This document shows positions 55,964-58,440 of a stretch of 58,440 nucleotides of DNA, piece after piece. Where the stretch lies: the IMG/VR virus record IMGVR_UViG_3300027757_000006, positions 1-58,440 of that record. One strand, written 5' to 3'. How positions within the stretch are numbered: position 1 is the stretch's first letter; every line of letters starts with the position of its first letter. The DNA comes from a virus. Lineage: Duplodnaviria; Caudoviricetes. The position numbers were made by a program, and so were the translations under genes. The notes under the pieces were generated by a model. It saw nothing but the letters and a program-made list of their open reading frames with translations, did no database searches and was not told the origin of the DNA.

Positions 55964-56115
55964 CCTATTCGAGCGGAACCGTGTTCGGCCTATTCGAGCG
56001 GAACCGTGTTCGGCCTATTCGAGCGGAACCGTGTTCGGCCTATTCGAGCGGAACCGTGTTCGGCCTAATCGAGGAGAACCGTGTTCGGCCTAATAGAGGA
56101 GAACCGTGTTCGGCC
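55964..56115. repeat. 25-bp tandem repeat CCTATTCGAGCGGAACCGTGTTCGG x6 (last two degenerate)
   Basis: Read directly; invariant core GAACCGTGTTCGGCC. Confidence 0.96.
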
Positions 56116-56227
56116 ATAAGCTGAACCTATGGCCAGACCTCAGGAGGCCGTCTCATAAGCGTATCGGCTTATCAGTGCTCTGTATCGCCTCCTACGATTA
56201 ACGCTGCTAATAGGGTTACGCTATGGC

Positions 56228-56257
56228 TTGCGTTCTCGGCTGATCTGTTGCTATAAA
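56228..56257 (+). promoter_or_regulatory. Putative early sigma70 promoter TTGCGT-N18-TATAAA with extended -10 TG
   Basis: Motif spacing; heads the terminal operon. Confidence 0.55.
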
Positions 56258-56300
56258 GAGGAGGCGATCGAAGGGTCGCGGTTCAAATGCTTTTTATCAA

Positions 56301-56453
56301 ATGCCTAACCTCTATCAACTGATGATCGAAACCAAAGACGGCCTCGTTCCCATGTCCTGGTCTCCTAGGCCGTATAAGTCCGTTGCTGCATTGTTTCACT
56401 ATTACTCTCGGACCTGGCCAATGAACGCCTACTGGATAAGAGAGGTCAGCTGA
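56301..56453 (+). CDS. Hypothetical early protein (50 aa, not in ORF track)
   Basis: MPNLYQLMIETKDGLVPMSWSPRPYKSVAALFHYYSRTWPMNAYWIREVS; first ORF after the promoter. Confidence 0.6.
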   Translation: MPNLYQLMIETKDGLVPMSWSPRPYKSVAALFHYYSRTWPMNAYWIREVS

Positions 56454-56492
56454 CCAGCTTCTCTTCTCCTTTGTTCTTTCGCTTAAAATCAA

Positions 56493-57071
56493 ATGTCTAA
56501 CGATTACACGGTTCTTCTCACTGGTTCAGATAAGGAGGCTTACATCTCTCAGAGGTTCCCCACTCGCAAGGAGGCCTGCATCCCCGATCCTTGTACCTGC
56601 TCTTCTCCTGATACCGTCTCTGCTGAACTTATAGCTCTCTGTTCTGAGCTCTCCTCTCGTTTCGAGAATAAAAAGAGAGACAACGGAGACGTGTTCATTG
56701 TCCTAGGAGGCCCAGATGATCAGGTCAGAGAGTCTGCCTCCTCTGCTCTTATGGCTGCTCATAGTGACGAGCTCCCTAATGATTGGCGCTATGAGGTCTG
56801 TTCTCTGACTTGTGACGCTATCTCGGAGGCCGAGGAGGCGGAGGAACTCTCAGAGATAATCAATGAAGTTGCAGAGAATGTGACTACTGTTTATAACTCT
56901 ATGCTGTTCTCTTGGTATGCAGAGAACTCCACTCGCCTCAGTTATGCGGAGGAGGCTAGGGAGGAGTTCGGACCCAGTGAGGAAGTACTAGGAGACCTCC
57001 ACCTGGGCCAGTATCTAGCTGCGAGAGAGACGGCTCAGAGCTTCATTGATTCTCTGGTCTCTTCATTATGA
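56493..57071 (+). CDS. Acidic Ocr-like (T7 gp0.3-type) DNA-mimic candidate
   Basis: ELSEIINEVAENVTTVYNSMLFSWYAEN resembles Ocr [28 protein letters not shown]; strongly acidic. Confidence 0.6.
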   Translation: MSNDYTVLLTGSDKEAYISQRFPTRKEACIPDPCTCSSPDTVSAELIALCSELSSRFENKKRDNGDVFIVLGGPDDQVRESASSALMAAHSDELPNDWRYEVCSLTCDAISEAEEAEELSEIINEVAENVTTVYNSMLFSWYAENSTRLSYAEEAREEFGPSEEVLGDLHLGQYLAARETAQSFIDSLVSSL

Positions 57072-57301
57072 AATATATCTGCGAGCACACTGACACGTTT
57101 GGAGGGGAGCCAAACTACTCCTGGGTTCAGAGAGAAGAGCTGACTCTCTCTGATAACGTCTCAGACCTCTCTCTCGTAAGAGCTGCCAAGTCTGTCTTGG
57201 GCCTCTCTGGCGTTAGGTGCCAGAGGTCAGAGGCCGGAGAATCTATCGAGCTACGACCTTACGGCTATTGTTCAATCGTCTTTATTACTCCAATTTATTA
57301 A
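57068..57301 (+). CDS. Phage early-region hypothetical protein
   Basis: TDTFGGEPNYSWV motif; coupled start. Confidence 0.7.
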   Translation: MKYICEHTDTFGGEPNYSWVQREELTLSDNVSDLSLVRAAKSVLGLSGVRCQRSEAGESIELRPYGYCSIVFITPIY

Positions 57302-57307
57302 TTAATT

Positions 57308-58141
57308 ATGACAACTTCAACGCTTAAGTCTTCCAAACTATGGGAGAACGTAGAGAAGCTTCTCTCTCTGTCTGGCTCTTTTTATCTCTATGAACCTAGG
57401 GAGAGGTGTCGCAACTCTGGTCATGGCTCTCCTCTGGAGTGGGTAGCAGTCAATCCCAATGAAGCCGATTATCTGCATTATTCAGACCTGTCAGATACCA
57501 GTCTGGCTTTGTGTTCGACTCTCGGGTCAGGCCGTTGTCAGCTTGAAGCTCTGGAGATAGTGGAGAAGATAACGGATAAGAGACTATGGGGCGAGGTGAC
57601 TTTATTGTTCGTCTCCGATTTTACCGGAAGCTCTGACTATTCTGGAGGTCTGCCGTATCTCTCCAACTGTGAGGTTTTGCTGGAGGAGTACAACTCTCCA
57701 GAATGTAGGGAGCTTATCGGAGGCCATGGCTCAAAGGCTGTCGTAATTGATCCCCGTTATCTCTCCGAAGAGCTAATGGAGAGTCTGGAGAGTCTGGAGA
57801 GTTATCCAGTATTGGATGAAGAGCACTGGTCAGAGCTAGGGGAGAAGCTTAAAGGAGAGGCTTTTGAGAGCTGGGTTGAATCAGACCTGAGGAGATATAT
57901 CGAGGAGGCGTTAGTCGAGGCGCTACTAGAAGGTGGAGCCAGAGAGAGAGAGGAGGCCGAGGAGGAGGCCGAGGAGATGGCAGAGAACGCTAGCGATGAT
58001 ATTCTCTGGCAGATTCTCTATGAAGCTGATTCCGACGGTTGCCTATGGGAAGAGGAGTACAACTCGATGCACTGCAACCTAGATAGAATTGATTCTTCCT
58101 TAATTGTTGACAAGTTGCTAACATCGGAGGTCGTAAAATGA
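57308..58141 (+). CDS. Highly acidic early protein
   Basis: SDYSG..YLSN and LESYPVLDEEHWSELGE motifs; Glu-rich C-half. Confidence 0.75.
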   Translation: MTTSTLKSSKLWENVEKLLSLSGSFYLYEPRERCRNSGHGSPLEWVAVNPNEADYLHYSDLSDTSLALCSTLGSGRCQLEALEIVEKITDKRLWGEVTLLFVSDFTGSSDYSGGLPYLSNCEVLLEEYNSPECRELIGGHGSKAVVIDPRYLSEELMESLESLESYPVLDEEHWSELGEKLKGEAFESWVESDLRRYIEEALVEALLEGGAREREEAEEEAEEMAENASDDILWQILYEADSDGCLWEEEYNSMHCNLDRIDSSLIVDKLLTSEVVK

Positions 58142-58314
58142 AGTTCTCAACTTCAGACCTCTGTCTGCTTTCTTGGATACTTGAGGAGACTCTCTCCTCT
58201 GACTTATCCAGTACAGAGGAGGAGGAGGTCGGAGCCCTCCTCTCTCGTATCTCTTATGAGTCTCCGTTCTCTCCTCTTAGGAGTGGCAAGGAGTGGAGAG
58301 AGTCTCGCGCCTAA
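58138..58314 (+). CDS. Small Ser/Glu-rich protein (58 aa, not in ORF track)
   Basis: ATGA overlap; MKFSTSDLCLLSWILEETLSS...; ends just before the terminator. Confidence 0.6.
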   Translation: MKFSTSDLCLLSWILEETLSSDLSSTEEEEVGALLSRISYESPFSPLRSGKEWRESRA

Positions 58315-58332
58315 CATCTCTCAGAGTCTGAG

Positions 58333-58357
58333 AATGGCCTCTTAGGAGGCCATTTTT
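58333..58357 (+). terminator. Rho-independent terminator
   Basis: AATGGCCTC-TTAG-GAGGCCATT-TTT. Confidence 0.85.
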
Positions 58358-58372
58358 AATGTCTGGCATTAT

Positions 58373-58440
58373 CCGGCCTGGAGGTCTCGGCCTGGAGTGC
58401 TCGGCCTGGAGGTCTCGGCCTGGAGGGCTCGGCCTGGAGG
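58373..58440. repeat. 14-bp tandem repeat NNCTCGGCCTGGAG, ~5 copies, joins position 1
   Basis: Variants begin TG, GT or GG; invariant CTCGGCCTGGAG. Confidence 0.95.

Noticed and set aside
55975-55988. LexA box in the 25-bp repeat
   Set aside because: The spacing is GAAC-N3-GTTC, whereas Gram-positive and cyanobacterial SOS boxes use N4
55964-56115. CRISPR or mini-CRISPR array
   Set aside because: Units are head-to-tail with no unique spacers, and there are no cas genes
1-58440. Integrase, repressor, tRNA, DNA polymerase, psbA/hli or DNA-modification genes
   Set aside because: No recognisable motifs by eye; divergent versions cannot be excluded without HMM and tRNAscan runs

Overview
This looks like an essentially complete ~58.4 kb siphovirus genome, assembled as a circle and broken inside a 14-bp tandem repeat found at both window ends. 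The host is most likely a picocyanobacterium, inferred from S-CBS-like cyanosiphovirus gene types and a possible NblA. + strand 460-37645: lambda-type terminases and portal, a protease-major capsid fusion, a 6-gene head-fibre cassette, neck and tail genes (TAC -1 frameshift, 1596-aa tape measure, fibres, vWA protein), lysis genes, dcd and an HNH nuclease. - strand 37605-48160: thyX, SSB-like, RecE-like, DEDDh exonuclease, VRR-NUC, SF2 helicase, two HNH genes and many microproteins. + strand 48325-55542: primase-helicase, probable origin, NblA-like gene, a stand-alone LigA adenylation domain and dNMP kinase. I found no integrase, repressor, DNA polymerase, tRNA or CRISPR array. The most interesting element is the right genome end, next to a lambda-like cosQ/cosN. 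It is a self-contained operon of mostly acidic proteins, one with an Ocr-like DNA-mimic motif, written in AG/CT-biased DNA and bracketed by two GGCC-containing tandem arrays and AT-rich palindromic DNA. It is a candidate first-ejected anti-defence module. Other highlights are a probable -1 frameshift in a holin-like gene and a duplicated 18-aa microprotein with only synonymous differences. All family calls come from motifs recognised by eye; no searches were run.
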